Shown one piece after another: positions 13,761-26,210 of a stretch of DNA of 64,000 nt; the stretch's first letter is position 1, and each line of letters starts with the position of its first letter. The translations under genes were made by a program, and so were the position numbers. The stretch comes from Rhynchobatus australiae. Taxonomy: Eukaryota. The notes below the pieces were generated by a model. That model was given only the letters and a program-made list of their open reading frames with translations. It was not told where the DNA came from and ran no database searches. The stretch is taken from positions 49,271,255-49,335,254 of the forward strand of contig JAUZTB010000135.1 of assembly GCA_034780895.1 (NCBI GenBank), given 5' to 3'.

Positions 13761-14749
13761 CAAGATTCTCCAGCACTTACGCATGTGTTTTTTTTAAATT
13801 TCCCTTTACATCTTGTTTGTGTTTTTAAATTAGTTTAGGGCTAATTCTCACTAAGGCACAGTATAGAAGATAGCTGCCTTACAGAATGAAGGGAAGTTTA
13901 TAATGTTATAATGTGATGTTAGCTGGCAAATAATTAAATTGGATGAACAGATGAGAAGTTGCTTGCAATTAAATTGCTGGAGGTCAGTTACCTTGTGAAT
14001 GATTACTTAAATATATTCTTTTTCCCAGTACAAGTGTCCTTCAGCTGTGTAGTATCTACTCACCTGAATAAATAATGTTTATTTGACACCTTAATATATG
14101 AAACATTTTGAACTTTTCAAATAATTATAAAATTTAAATTGGAGATTTGTTTATCGTTTGCAGTCTGCTATTGCATTTGCACAATGATCTGTGCAGTTCA
14201 GTGATAATGCCATTATTTGCATCTGCTTTACCATTAAAGTAGGAGACAAAGAGCATACAGTGTGTGGGAGAGACTAAATGCTGTTTCACTGTTTTATGAA
14301 GCCTCATAAATCACGAACCATGACTAATTTTCACAAGTGATATAACCAATGAAACTGGTATCACACTCCATGCCACGATCATTTCACGCTGCAGGGTTGT
14401 GTCTTGATGTTCTTATTGTCCAGGCTTGCAGCTTATTTAGGACTTTTCCAAGAATTACTGCAGAAGACATTTTCATAGTCAACTTGCTACTGACATTACA
14501 ATGTTATCTATTTAATGGGTGAACACAGAATGTGAAAACTCACATATTGTCATAAATCTGCACTTTAAAAATATTATCAACCCATATTGCTGTTTTGTTA
14601 TTTTGTTTGCCAATGATACCTGAATGCCAAATTCTTTGCATTCTAGGCTGTAGCAGAACAACTAAGCATGGGGGAAACTTCTAAGAATTTCAGCAATTTT
14701 TCTAAGATACTAAGATAAAGTTGGTAAATTTTGTTAAAATTAAAATGCT

Positions 14750-15508
14750 AGAAATTTGACAAAAGTAAAAAAAGATTCAAATTGGCAGAGGAGGATCAAG
14801 GCATCAAGAAATAGGTCTAAAGTAAATGAGGAACACAAAGAAATTAACACTACTGGAATAATTAATTGGACACAAAAGGCAATAAACCTCTAGGATCCGA
14901 TATCCTGAATTTTAGGATTTTCAGGGAGATGGCTTTGGAAACGATGAATATACTGGTTATCTTCCAAAATTCTATTGATTTTGGAAGTGTTCCTAGGACT
15001 GGAGTGTAGCAAATGCAACCCCACTATTTAAGAAAGGGAAAATAGAGAAAATGGAGAATTATAAACCATTGAGCCTAACATCAGTAATAGGGAACTCCTT
15101 TATTAAGGAAATCACAACAGGGCAGTTAAAAAAGTAATAGAATTGGACAAAATGAACATTTATTTATGAAAGGAACAAAAAAAAATCAGGCAAGATATGT
15201 CTGTTGGAATTTTTTGTAATTGGGGAATAGATAAGGGCAAACCAGTTGATGTGGTGCACTGGGCTTTCAGAAAGACTTTGGCAGGTGCCATACAACAGAT
15301 CATTGAACAAAATTAGAGCTCACAATATTGAGGTTTATACACTGGACTGGAATGTGGATTGGTTAATGGAGAAAAATAAGAATAAGTGGGTCATTTTTGG
15401 GTTCATGATCTGGGACCAGTAAAAGGTGCTGCTGAGATTAGTGCTGGGAGCCAACTGTTCACTATTAATATCAATGATTTAGAGGAGGGGATCAAGTATA
15501 ATATATCC
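14750..15508 (+). mobile_element. CR1 LINE RT, 5' half of a split element
   Basis: DWSVANATPLFKKG...ENYKPLSLTSV; ends at INDLEEGIKYNIS immediately before the KFADDTK motif. Confidence 0.85.
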
Positions 15509-15631
15509 TCCTTCTTCTTAGGCAGTCCCTCAAGAGTGAAGATGACTTGCTTCTAGTCTGGCTTTATGGTTTCTTTGCAGAAACAGAATCATTCAGCACA
15601 GGAATAGGCCCTGGGAAAAAGACTATGACTG

Positions 15632-18044
15632 TGTCACAATGTTGAGCAAAGAGCAAGCTCACAGAGAATCCAAATGCAGCACTCTGGTACAGGATTGGAG
15701 TCAGCATACTTCCTCAGGACCAAACACAGGTAGCAACTGGAAGGAATCTTGTCTCTGGGATCTGAGGTGGAGTCCCAACATGAACTGGATATCCAAAGAG
15801 GAACAGAGAACACAGGACTGCTCTAGAGTTGACCACTCTAAGCAGCTAAAGTATACCCAAAGGTTGACCAATATTCTAGCAACTAGTGCTAAAGAAACCC
15901 AGGTACTTATGCTAGGCCCCAGATGGGGCTCAGGTGTGTGTCATTATGCAATCAGTCAAGCATGGAATCCATGTGCTATACAACAAGGCATCAAAGGAGC
16001 CAAATCGAGGGCAAGTACTCAGAACCATGACAATATTATATTTATATCACTCTGCTCTGAAGTCAAGGCAGATTAACTGACAATATCTTTATCCTGAAAG
16101 TGCACTGAGTACCCCAAGTTAAATTATAGATAAACTTCCTATAGGAAAGATAAATAAAAAGCATAAGATTTTGGAGAAATGCACATGAGGAACCTCGAAA
16201 GATATGAGCAAAAAAAAAGAGATCTTGGGGAAGAGAAATTGGACTTGAAGATGGGTGTGAGTTTTGCTTCTAGCATAGGTAACCAATATTAACAATGGCA
16301 CAACAATATTTTAGGTTAGGTTCCTCTTACACTGGCAGAATAAAATGATTGCTATGATCCCACCATTGCCCTTGTTCCACTTTCTGGGTCAGGGCTGATT
16401 TGGCATACAAGGCTGGGTTTCACTGAGGTCCACCAAGAATAAGCCCATCATACTTGCACAGAAAATTCAGCCTGTATCACAGCAACATTGATACTTTAAT
16501 ACCCAAAGAGCTGAACAGGGGCTCAAAACAGATGAACTCCCCAAGATTGACAAAGAAACATTTTTAATTGGTGACTTTAGGGGAATGTAGAGTTTGCTGA
16601 AGACAGTGAAGGCAGGCAAATGAACAAGGTGGTTTGTACAGTGCAGGCTACTTGCAATTAGTACAGAAGAGGAGGGCTGCAGCTGATGGCTGTCTCACTG
16701 GAGCACGACAAGGGTAATTCAGCTCAGACCTGAAACACAACTACGAGCTCCCCAGTCTACTTTTTTGATTGCATTTCAGGAAGGAGAAGATGAAAAATGA
16801 AAAAGGATGGCTTGATATAGGAAAGAATTTGCATAGACAAAGACAGAAGACGAATGCCAGGATAGGAATGAAAAGACTTAAGGGCCAGTGAAGAGGGCAG
16901 ATGAAAGAGTACATGAAGAAATAAATGATGGGTGAGGAGAGGAGAGATGGGGAATAAGGAGTATGATGTGTTAAGAAAAAGAAGAAACATTAAAGGTAGA
17001 ATAAAAGGGAATATATAAGGGGAAATGTAGATATAAAAATGAGATAGAGAAAAGGGTGATGCAGAAGTAATGGAGGAGCAGAGGGAAGGAAATGAAAGGC
17101 AAATGAGGAATAATAGGAGTTGGGAAGTGGCAGTGGAGGTCAGGAGATGATATACTAATGGCTTTATGAATGGAGAAAGAGGGGAAGGGAAGGAAGAGGG
17201 AATGGTGGTAGGAGGGAGAAGAAGAGGAAGGGCAAAAGAAATAAAGAGCTGAGAGAGTGGTAAGCTGAGGAGAGGGAGAAAGTTTGTGTGATGAATGGAA
17301 GAAGAAAATGAGAGAAACAGGGAAGGAATGGAAGCGGAGGATGAAAAAGTTAGAGAGGCAAGAAGGAAACAAGAGAGAGTTAGGAGATGAAGAATGGATT
17401 AATGCAAAGAGGATTAGTGATGGGGAAATAATTAAGAGCAAAGAAATGAAAGGATGGGGAAGAACAGAAAGAAGATGTAAAGTTTCAGTTTCATCAGAAC
17501 CAACACGAAACACTTGTTCCACTACATTTTTAAAACTGATATGTCAAGTAATAGCTGAAGTGACATATTATGGAAATGGAAGGAATTGAACAGTCCATAG
17601 AAACATATGCCAAACACTGAGCAGCAAATGTCAGCCTCTTACTCCTCTAGGATAAATACATGGCTGACCTATAAGTGGTTTAATATTAAATTTAAATGAA
17701 GTTGAGAATTTTGGTGATCTTTTGAGAAGATGTAACCCTAGGATTGATGTATCATGTGCTGGCGCTGCCTGCTGGCAAGTAGTAATTGTTTCTCATTGAA
17801 ATTACAAGGAATCTTTCAGAATGGTGCTTTAATTTTAACGGAAGCTGCCCTGACACGAGATATGNNNNNNNNNNNNNNNNNNNNNNNNNNNNNNNNNNNN
17901 NNNNNNNNNNNNNNNNNNNNNNNNNNNNNNNNNNNNNNNNNNNNNNNNNNNNNNNNNNNNNNNNCAGTCCAGCATGGAATCCATGTGCTGTACAACAAGG
18001 CATCAAAGGAGCCAAATTGAGGGCCAGTACTCAGAACCATGACA
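15632..18044 (-). mobile_element. Non-autonomous LTR element (Gypsy-type termini), LTRs 15632-16032 and ~17863-18044, TSD GACTG
   Basis: TGTCA...TGACA termini; GACTG at 15627-15631 and 18045-18049; 76/80 identity between 15953-16032 and 17965-18044; no gag/pol motifs seen inside. Strand inferred from a PBS-like sequence. Confidence 0.8.
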
Positions 18045-18525
18045 GACTGCCTATCCTACCTGCACTTCTCACAATTTTATAAACCACTACATGGTCACCC
18101 GTCATCCTGCTATATTCCAGTGAGAATAAGCCTAGCCTATCCAATCTTTCCTTACAACTACAGCCCTGCATTTCAGGCAACATCCTGGGTGAATCTCCTT
18201 TACATTCTCTTATTGCTGCCTCATCTTCCCGGTAGTGTGGCAACCAGAACTGTACACAACACTCCAAGTACAGTCTAACCAGTGTTTTGTACAGCTGCAA
18301 TACGACATCCCAACTCTTATACTCAGTGCCCCAACCTATGAAGGCAAGCATATCAAACTCCTTCTTCATAGTGCTATCCACATGTGTCACCGCTTTCAGT
18401 GAGCTCTGGACTCACACCCCAAAGTCCCTCTGTACATCATTGCTCCTAAAGTCCCTGCCATTTACTCTTTATTTCTTATCAGAATTTGACTTTGAAAGTG
18501 CATTACCTCACACTTGTGTGGACTA
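18045..18525 (-). mobile_element. CR1 LINE fragment (its tail lies at ~15580-15631)
   Basis: Minus ORF LQLYKTLVRLYLECCVQFWLPHY...RLDRLGLFSLE. Confidence 0.85.
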
Positions 18526-18529
18526 AATT

Positions 18530-19421
18530 TTTTGGATAACAAATAAGGCCAAAGTGGGAACTGCAGACTCCTCCACAGATGGAGCATGGGGTGGCTAATG
18601 GGGTGGGCAGGTTGGTAGTGTGTGAGGTGATGCAATCCTTCTACCACGTACATAGGCTACTGTGTGATCTCAATGCCATGGACCCAAGGTTCTCAGTTCT
18701 ATCCAAATGCTCCTTCTCCACTTTGAGAAGTCATGGACCAGGGACTCCCAGGAGATGGTAAGGACATTGCATTTCTTCAAAGAGGCTTTGAACACATCCT
18801 TGTTATCAATTTCTCCATCCATCCTGTAATCTCTCCCCACAACAAAGCTCAGAATGGAGAATCTGCTTTGAGACTCTGCTATTAGGCTTGCAAACAACGT
18901 GGCCTGCATAATGTAGCTGATTGAGTATAACTGGATCTCAATGCTGGGGATGTTGGCCTGGGACAGGATACTAATGTTGGTTTGCTTATCCTTCTGATCC
19001 GTTTGGAAGACTTTGTGAGAGAGTGTTGGTGGTATCTGTCCAAAGCCTTGAAGTGCCTGATAAAGCTTGAGTTTTCTGCCAGGTCTGATGTCTTGATCTT
19101 CAAATTTGCCTTTCCTCAATTGACAAAGGGTGTGCTGGTGTACTGAAGTTGTGGATGAATGTCTGCCTTCACCATGAAGTGGTTTCTGAGATATGGGGAG
19201 TGGTCCATGTTTGTACAGGGTCTCAGCATGGATTGTTGGATGCAGTGTGATGAAGCAGGGACAGGTTGGTGGAGGACTTTTACCTTGAAGATATTGAGTG
19301 TATCCATCCTCTTCAGTCCATCCTCCAGTACACTTCAGCGAACGTGTCGACAATGGCTTGGAACTTGACCTCTGAGCAGATACAAACACAAACATTGCCT
19401 GCATGCTGCAGCTTGACTGTG
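18530..19421 (-). mobile_element. RTE-clade LINE 3' part (extreme 3' tail at 15509-15575)
   Basis: Minus-strand LSQANIPSIE...KDVFKASLKKCNV resembles the RTE ORF C-terminus; GAA-type tail (ttcttctt on +) at ~15512. Confidence 0.7.
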
Positions 19422-20340
19422 AAGTTTGCTGATGATACAAAGCCAAATATCAGTATGGCCTGTGAGAAGGATGCAGTGAGGCTTCAGGAGATACAGACCT
19501 GCTAGCTAAATAGGTAAGGAGATGATGGATAGAATATAGAGTGGAAAAATAGAAGGATGTCAATTTTGGTTAAGAAAATGTGGAATTTTTTTTAATGTTG
19601 AGAGATTGAAAGGTGTTGGTCTTCAAAGAAATCTGGACACCTTTGTACAAGAATCACTGAAAGTTAACATGCTGATGTGCAAGCTAATAGGAAAGCAAAC
19701 AGTATGTTGACCTTTCCCGCAAGAGGATTTGAATACAAGAGTGAAAACATCTTGGTCTAATTATGTAGCAACCTAGTGAGACTGCAATTAGAGTATTATG
19801 TACAGGTTTCTCTACCTAGGGATGAATATGCTTGAGGTACAGGGAGTGCAGCTAACATTCACCAGACTGATTTCTGGGATGCCACGTTTGTTGCATGAAG
19901 AGAGGTGAAGTAGATTTGGCCCATAATGGCTTGAGCTTAGAAGAATGAGAGGTGATCTCATTGAACCTTGAATTCTTAAGGGGTTTGATAGGGTAGATGC
20001 AAAATTACTTCCCTGCCTGTGTCATTCAGAACTAGGGGTTGCAGTTTCAGAATAAGGTGTCAGCCATCCAGGACAGACAAAGATGAGAAGAAATTTCTCT
20101 CAACAGAGAGATGTGATTTTTTTTGGAATTGCACACTAAAAAGGCCTGTGGAACCTTTGTTATTGAATATACTCAAGATCGTGGTTGATACATTTTCATA
20201 TATTAAGAGTGTCAAGGGATATGGGGGTTTGTGCAGGAAAGTGCTGTTGAGGAACAGGAACAAGAACAGTCATGACCTTGTTGAATTCCAGAGCACAAGG
20301 GTTTGAATAGCATAATCCTGCTTCTGTCTCTTATATTCTT
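19422..20340 (+). mobile_element. CR1 LINE RT/3' end, second half of the split element
   Basis: Starts exactly at KFADDTK; contains LELRRMRGDLIE and a CR1 3' tail. Confidence 0.85.
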
Positions 20341-21099
20341 CTGGAAACATCCAATTTAACTATTACTGTTCACGAAGTAAACCAGGATTATTGGCTTAAC
20401 GGAGGAAGGATCCATGACTTTTCTGGATAGATATGAGTAGAAGTTGTCGACTCAGGGACAGTGTGAAATACATACAGTACAGTTGTGTGTATAGTCAAAA
20501 GAAATTATGGTTACTCTTCGTATAATTTTGCAAAACCTGTCAGTAAGCAATGTCAAATTTGAGATGTCTATTCTTATTATAATTGCACGTGGCCTCCTGA
20601 TCTAAGACATTTCTTATCATTGGAGGGCACTACTGTAAATAAAATAGGGTTAGGTTCCATCTGGTTTTGACAACGCAGTTTGGACTGAATGCATGTGCAG
20701 TCACTGAATTCATTCTTTTGAACCCAAGAGTTTTAGCCTGTGCACAATATCAAAGAATTAAAGATTGAAGGAAAACGTTCATTCTTCAGTGATCGTTTTA
20801 CTCATTTTAACAATTCTTCACCAAGAACAATGCGTTATTTTCTAAATTAAAGTCTTGTGTTATCTAGGCGCCCAAAATGAGTGGTTTCCACATAAATGTG
20901 CCGCTGTGTTTTCTAACTTCTAATAGCAGGATAACTTTCTTTCTAAATAAAGAAAAACAGTATATTTGTATTTAAATATAGAAGTATAACTATTGTCCTC
21001 AGCAAGTATACACTCTGGTCTTGCAGGAAATGAGTTAGGGAAAAAATAAGAATTAAATTCCAACATCTCCACCGAATAGAAAGCAAACTCCTCCTACTA

Positions 21100-22620
21100 A
21101 CACCTCCGTCCGCTCAGCACGTTGAATATAATGTTGTTGCTAGTTCCATTAAGGAATCTAATCACGGAAATCGTCGGCTTGTTTTAATGACCAATTCCTG
21201 TCAAGGATGCAGGTGCTTGATCGCAATACCCAGAGATTTCGTGTGACCCTCTGTGCTTCGCCCGATGAGCACGCAATCCCTGACGTCAGACTGCTGAAAC
21301 TGACAAGCGGCGTGTCTGGAGCCTCCAGCTGCTTCCCCAGCCACTCCTGCAACATAATAACCGTTGGGCTCGAATTGAGGCCCCGATGGAGGGATGATGA
21401 TCTCCTCTGGATTTTCAGCGGATGAATTAGCCGTCCCGTAATCCAGCCACTTCAATCCAGAGAACTAGAAGACGCGGCTGCTTTGCACATTGGACGGACC
21501 AGCGAGGTTCGAGAGGGGGGAAAGCAAAAAAATAAAAGGATGGGTTGTGGTGGAAGTCGGGCTGATACTATCGAGCCCAGGTACTACGAAAGCTGGACCA
21601 GAGAAACTGAGTCAACGTGGCTTACCAACACCGACACCGATGCGCCTTTGCCAGTCGTGTCCAACGTGGGCAATAACGTGAACGAATCCAACGCGTTGGA
21701 CAAGGGTTCCATGCATGTGTACTCCAGTAAGCAGCACTGCGTTACGGGCTGGGGTTGGCGAGAAGCAGGTCTGATTGCATTATATTTGCGTTGCAGATAC
21801 GTGAACATCATTTTAAACATTGGCGCCGCCAGTATTTCGAGGGCAGCTCGAATATAGGTGCTTGATCGCAACAGAGGGCTATCAGCACAACGTTTGGGGT
21901 TGGCTGTGCATGAAATGTTGGTGTTGCGTTTAGTATTTTGCTTTGGGGCCAGGGTTGGGTCTGGACTGACTTTACCGTTACGTTTAGCTTTAGGACTGGG
22001 GCTGGGTTTAGTGTGGTCGGGGTTGGGTTCAACATTTAGCATTTGCTTAGGGTTGGTTTTGGAGTTGACAGCGCAGTTCTTCGGGTTCGGTTCGGGATGG
22101 GCAACGCAGCCCTGTTTATGTCCACGGCCTCCTCTTTCCCTAAAACTAAATGTGACGCGAAATCCGGTGTTTAGTTTCCAATTTATCACTTTATTCGAGA
22201 ATTGCATTTCCATTAGGTGGCTGGTTGGTGCCGGATTAATGCTAAACAAGCACAGTTCTTGTTCGTGATGCTTTTGGCCAGATATTCTGAATCGCGTTGC
22301 GGTCCAAGTCACCGCGGGGAGACGATCTTGCAACGAGGATGAAAGAAGCCCAGCTTGTTTGAAGCCCCTGGTCTCTATAGCAACACTTCCAGACTAGTTT
22401 TCCACCTGCCTTCCACTTGTGTAATCCCCAAGAGTCCGAACCTGACCAGAGCGGAAAGTTTGAGGTGCCGCTGCGTGGGCGGTGCTGTCCACAAAACCAG
22501 CACTTTTCCCGCTGGAATGCTCCAGACATGACCGTGGTCCAGCCACACTGTCACAGCGGTTGCCGCTAACGTGCAGCTGCTGCCAAGTCTATTCCAGCGT
22601 GATCTAGGTCACTCGGTTCC
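21100..22620 (+). promoter_or_regulatory. BAALC CpG island / promoter with CCAAT (21191) and palindromic CRE TGACGTCA (21281-21288)
   Basis: Sharp rise in CpG density against the CpG-depleted background, spanning exon 1; motifs read directly from the sequence. Confidence 0.8.
21540..21726 (+). CDS. BAALC: BAALC coding exon 1 (62 codons + 1 nt)
   Basis: Translates MGCGGSRADTIEPRYYESWTRETESTWLTNTDTDAPLP..., nearly identical to the BAALC N-terminus (MGCGGSRADAIEPRYYESWTRETESTWLTYTDSDA); Gly2 myristoylation and Cys3 palmitoylation motif; phase-1 donor A|GTAAGC at 21727. Confidence 0.96.
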
Positions 22621-24934
22621 TATGCTTGGTTACTCCAGCATACCTTGAAGTGAGCAACGGAGAGCGGGCAACAACATGGAGACTGACGAGTCATTTTTGT
22701 CATGGAGGTAAATTGGTTTGCTGGCCTTTAGACAGTGTTCTAGTTTTTCACATGGACATTGACGACTAATATTATGCAGATGTAATACACTCTGAACGAC
22801 AGCACAAGATCGAGGTAACATGCTGCACTTGTCTTTGTGTTTTTAAGTTTTTTTTACTGTGGGTCGGATATTCAGAATAGCGTTCTTTGTAAATACAGTA
22901 TTACTGATGACATGTACCTTTACACAACTATTGGTGAGATGTTTAACTACTTGGATCTCAGATTTATCCTTTTCAAAGTAGTATTAGTGATTTAGATCTC
23001 ATTAAAGTGATTCACTGGCGCATATCAATTGGGCAGATATAATAATTGGTGGTTGATCGGCAAATATAGTTTTATACCAGGACAGCGAGATACCAGATTT
23101 AACCCCAGTATTTTCAAACATGCCAGCCTTTTATACTTTCAGCACACTGTATTCATCCGTTTGTAAAGTAGATGAGATAGAGTATGGCATGGCTGGTAGT
23201 TGCCCTGCCGTGTTGCGCTATGACCAAAACCAATTTCCCTTCTGGCCAATTTGATTCGACTAATATTTTACACTATATCATAGAGTCAACAATTATGTCT
23301 GAACAGAAAATAATGGACATAATGAGAAGCTCTGATAATACGTAAGAGGAGTCTAGTGTTATTGTTCAGGGTTCCATGTATCAAAAGAAACTTCTCACGA
23401 AAAGTGACCTAACATACACAAATACAAGGATGTTCTGTGGTTAACGTTAAAACGTGTATTTTCACCACGTTAGACAAAGCTGGGTCAAACTACGAATAGA
23501 AAGAGGGGAAAAAACTAGAAATGCTCAGAGGCAAGGTACACAATAGATTAAAATACAGGGGTGAATAAATAGTGCAAATCAAACAAGATGAAATGGGACA
23601 AGCAGAGAAACAAAAGATGGAGCCAGTGAAGGTGCAACGGCAAAGGTGGAGGTTTTAAAATTCTGTAAGGTCTTAAGATGCCTAATTAAAAGGAATGGTT
23701 CCCCAAACTGGCTTTGAACTTTGCCGGGATAGTGTCGAAGGCCAACGTCAACAAAGTCGGTGTGAATGTGAGATGGAGAATTAAAATGGTAAGCAACAAA
23801 AGCCTCGGGATTTCTCTTGATGCTCAGCAAAGCAATCATCCTTTGGAACATGCTGAAATGAGAGCGGTTTTGGGTGAAAGTGAATTGGTAACCAGTTTTC
23901 TTTATCATATTCTCTAATTTTCCATTGGACATAGAAAAATAAATCAGGTAGGATGTTAAAAGTTCAAACAACTGGCTACAGCTTCTTGGTGCTGATACTG
24001 CATATGCACAAAGAAAATATATGTATGAATAATAAAAAAGTATACAGCTTATTTTTAAAAACAGATCCTTTATATAAAGGATGATAAATGAAATAGTATG
24101 TACATTGTTTCAGACAGATGAGTCACTGTAAAGAGCTTCAACATTTTTCGTCATCTACATTCAATTGGTTTTGATTCTAGAGAGTGTGGTGAGACTTGAA
24201 TTCCTAACTAACAACAATGTGAGAAACTCTTCACCAAAACAACTGCATAAGTTTAGAAAGATAATTTCCCAATATTTCATCAAGGAAAATTAGAGGTGAG
24301 CATTAAAGAGTCTTTTTCCCAATGAAGTCCACATTCTTTGAATGAGTAAGGATAAAAATGAAAAAAAATCCCCATTTCACTAATATTCCCATCTTAGTTT
24401 CCTTCTGTTGCCGATTATTGTCAAGGTTTCTTCCACAGTAACTTCAAAACCCATGTCCTCAGCTTCCTGGAATGACCACAATGCAGGCACATGGGAACAT
24501 CACCATGTGCAAGTTTCCATCCAATTCCCATATTACCCAACATGGAAGTTTATTACCATTCCTTCATTAGAAATGGCTGTAAACCTTGGAGCTCTCAAAT
24601 AGTACCACTGAGTGAGAATCTTTTGCAACAGTTGAGTTTGCTTATCAAGTGCTAATTGGGGCTTGTTATTAAATGCCAGTCTTACCATCAATATCCACAT
24701 CCAGTCAAAAAACAAAGATGAAAAATAAATTTCTTCTTCAGTATAGTCAATGAATGTAAGACTGTAATTCAATATTCCAAATCTTGATCCATAACAAAAG
24801 CCATGGAAACATTTTAATTGCCCATTTGGTTTTCCCTTTGTGCTACTTCTTTACTCATATGATGGTTTTGTATCTTACTCTGAACTTCTGATGCCTCAGT
24901 TGGTGTTATTTGCTAACTAGAAATTCATCTCCTT

Positions 24935-25805
24935 TTGTACGAGTGAAACTCCCTAGCTCACCACCACCACCAATTCCTTATCTTTTCTTTTTACANNNNN
25001 NNNNNNNNNNNNNNNNNNNNNNNNNNNNNNNNNNNNNNNNNNNNNNNNNNNNNNNNNNNNNNNNNNNNNNNNNNNNNNNNNNNNNNNNNNNNNNNGTTCA
25101 TTCATAACCTCAGGTGAGTAATCTTCAACAATTCTGATCTTGCAATCTTGGTAATTAATCATTCCTCTTCGATGGGATTCATGAATTAGAAGCTCCTTAG
25201 TTTGAAAATCGTGCAGAGAGATGATGACTGACCTGGGTTTGACATACGTAGGAGATTTAAAGAATGGTGATCTGTGTGCTCAATCAATCTTAGGCAAAGA
25301 TTCTAACATATAAGGAAATAGTTGAGCCAACAGATTTGCAAAGAGTTGCAAAGGTTGATTGTCTTCAACTGCTTCAGACCCAAGATACAGAGATTGTTTC
25401 TCCTGCTTCTGTTTTCTGAGTCAGTAGCCTTCCGCTTTAATTTTTCATTAGCTTTTGCTTGATTTTTACAGAGGTTTTGTAAGTCCTCAATTTTCCCATC
25501 CAAGGTTGAAAGAACCATTTCATTCACTTTAATTCATTTGTCATAGTCGTCTAAGATTTTTTGAATAGAATCAAACTTGGAATTGAGCTGTTGAAACTGC
25601 TCAGAAATAGATTCCAGAGTTACAGGAGGATCATCTTTACAGGAGTGGTTTTCGTAGCTTTAGCACTCCTTGTATTCATAATGAGAGAAAATCATGTTTA
25701 AATTTATTACTGAGGATGAAAGAGAAGGATTTCAAACCAGGTTGAAGAAATTAAATATAGTGGGAGTGGCAGCAGGTAGCTGTTACTCCATTAACGGCCA
25801 GCAGA
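24935..25805 (-). mobile_element. L1-clade LINE 5' end / ORF1 fragment
   Basis: Coiled-coil region followed by DSENRSRRNNLCILGL and IRIVEDYSPEV, characteristic of L1 ORF1p. Confidence 0.85.
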
Positions 25806-26165
25806 AACTATCTTCTTTATCAATAAAACTATTTCAAGTAACTGGTTGCATTTGACTGTCATAACAAAACGCTCTGCCAAACCTTTACTGCAATTGCTGA
25901 GGATATAACTACTGGAAGCCTTGAGCCATGATTATCTTCCTGTAGCAGCAGGATAAAGGATCAGATATCCTAGGCATCCACAGCAGCAAATTCATGTCAT
26001 TTCACCTTTTCCATTCAACAAAGTTAGAAAAGATAATTTATTCTAGTTAGAGAAATTATAATTGCCATTTAGGAGAAGAGAAGATGTTTAGGAAAATTAT
26101 TTTATTTGCAGAGTTATTGGAATAGTCTATAAATTGCCACTGTGGAAGTGGTTGAGGCAGAAACC

Positions 26166-26167
<2 letters not shown>

Positions 26168-26209
<42 letters not shown>
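26168..26209. repeat. (TG)~21 microsatellite
   Basis: Read directly. Confidence 0.97.

Positions 26210-26210
<1 letters not shown>

Noticed and set aside
21584-22333. 249-aa antisense ORF over BAALC exon 1/intron 1
   Set aside because: Low-complexity P/N/K content derives from the G/T hexamer tract and the GC-rich island; no recognisable domain.
22481-22505. Possible REST/RE1 site GGTGCTGTCC in a neural gene
   Set aside because: Only one half-site; the partner half is absent at canonical spacing.
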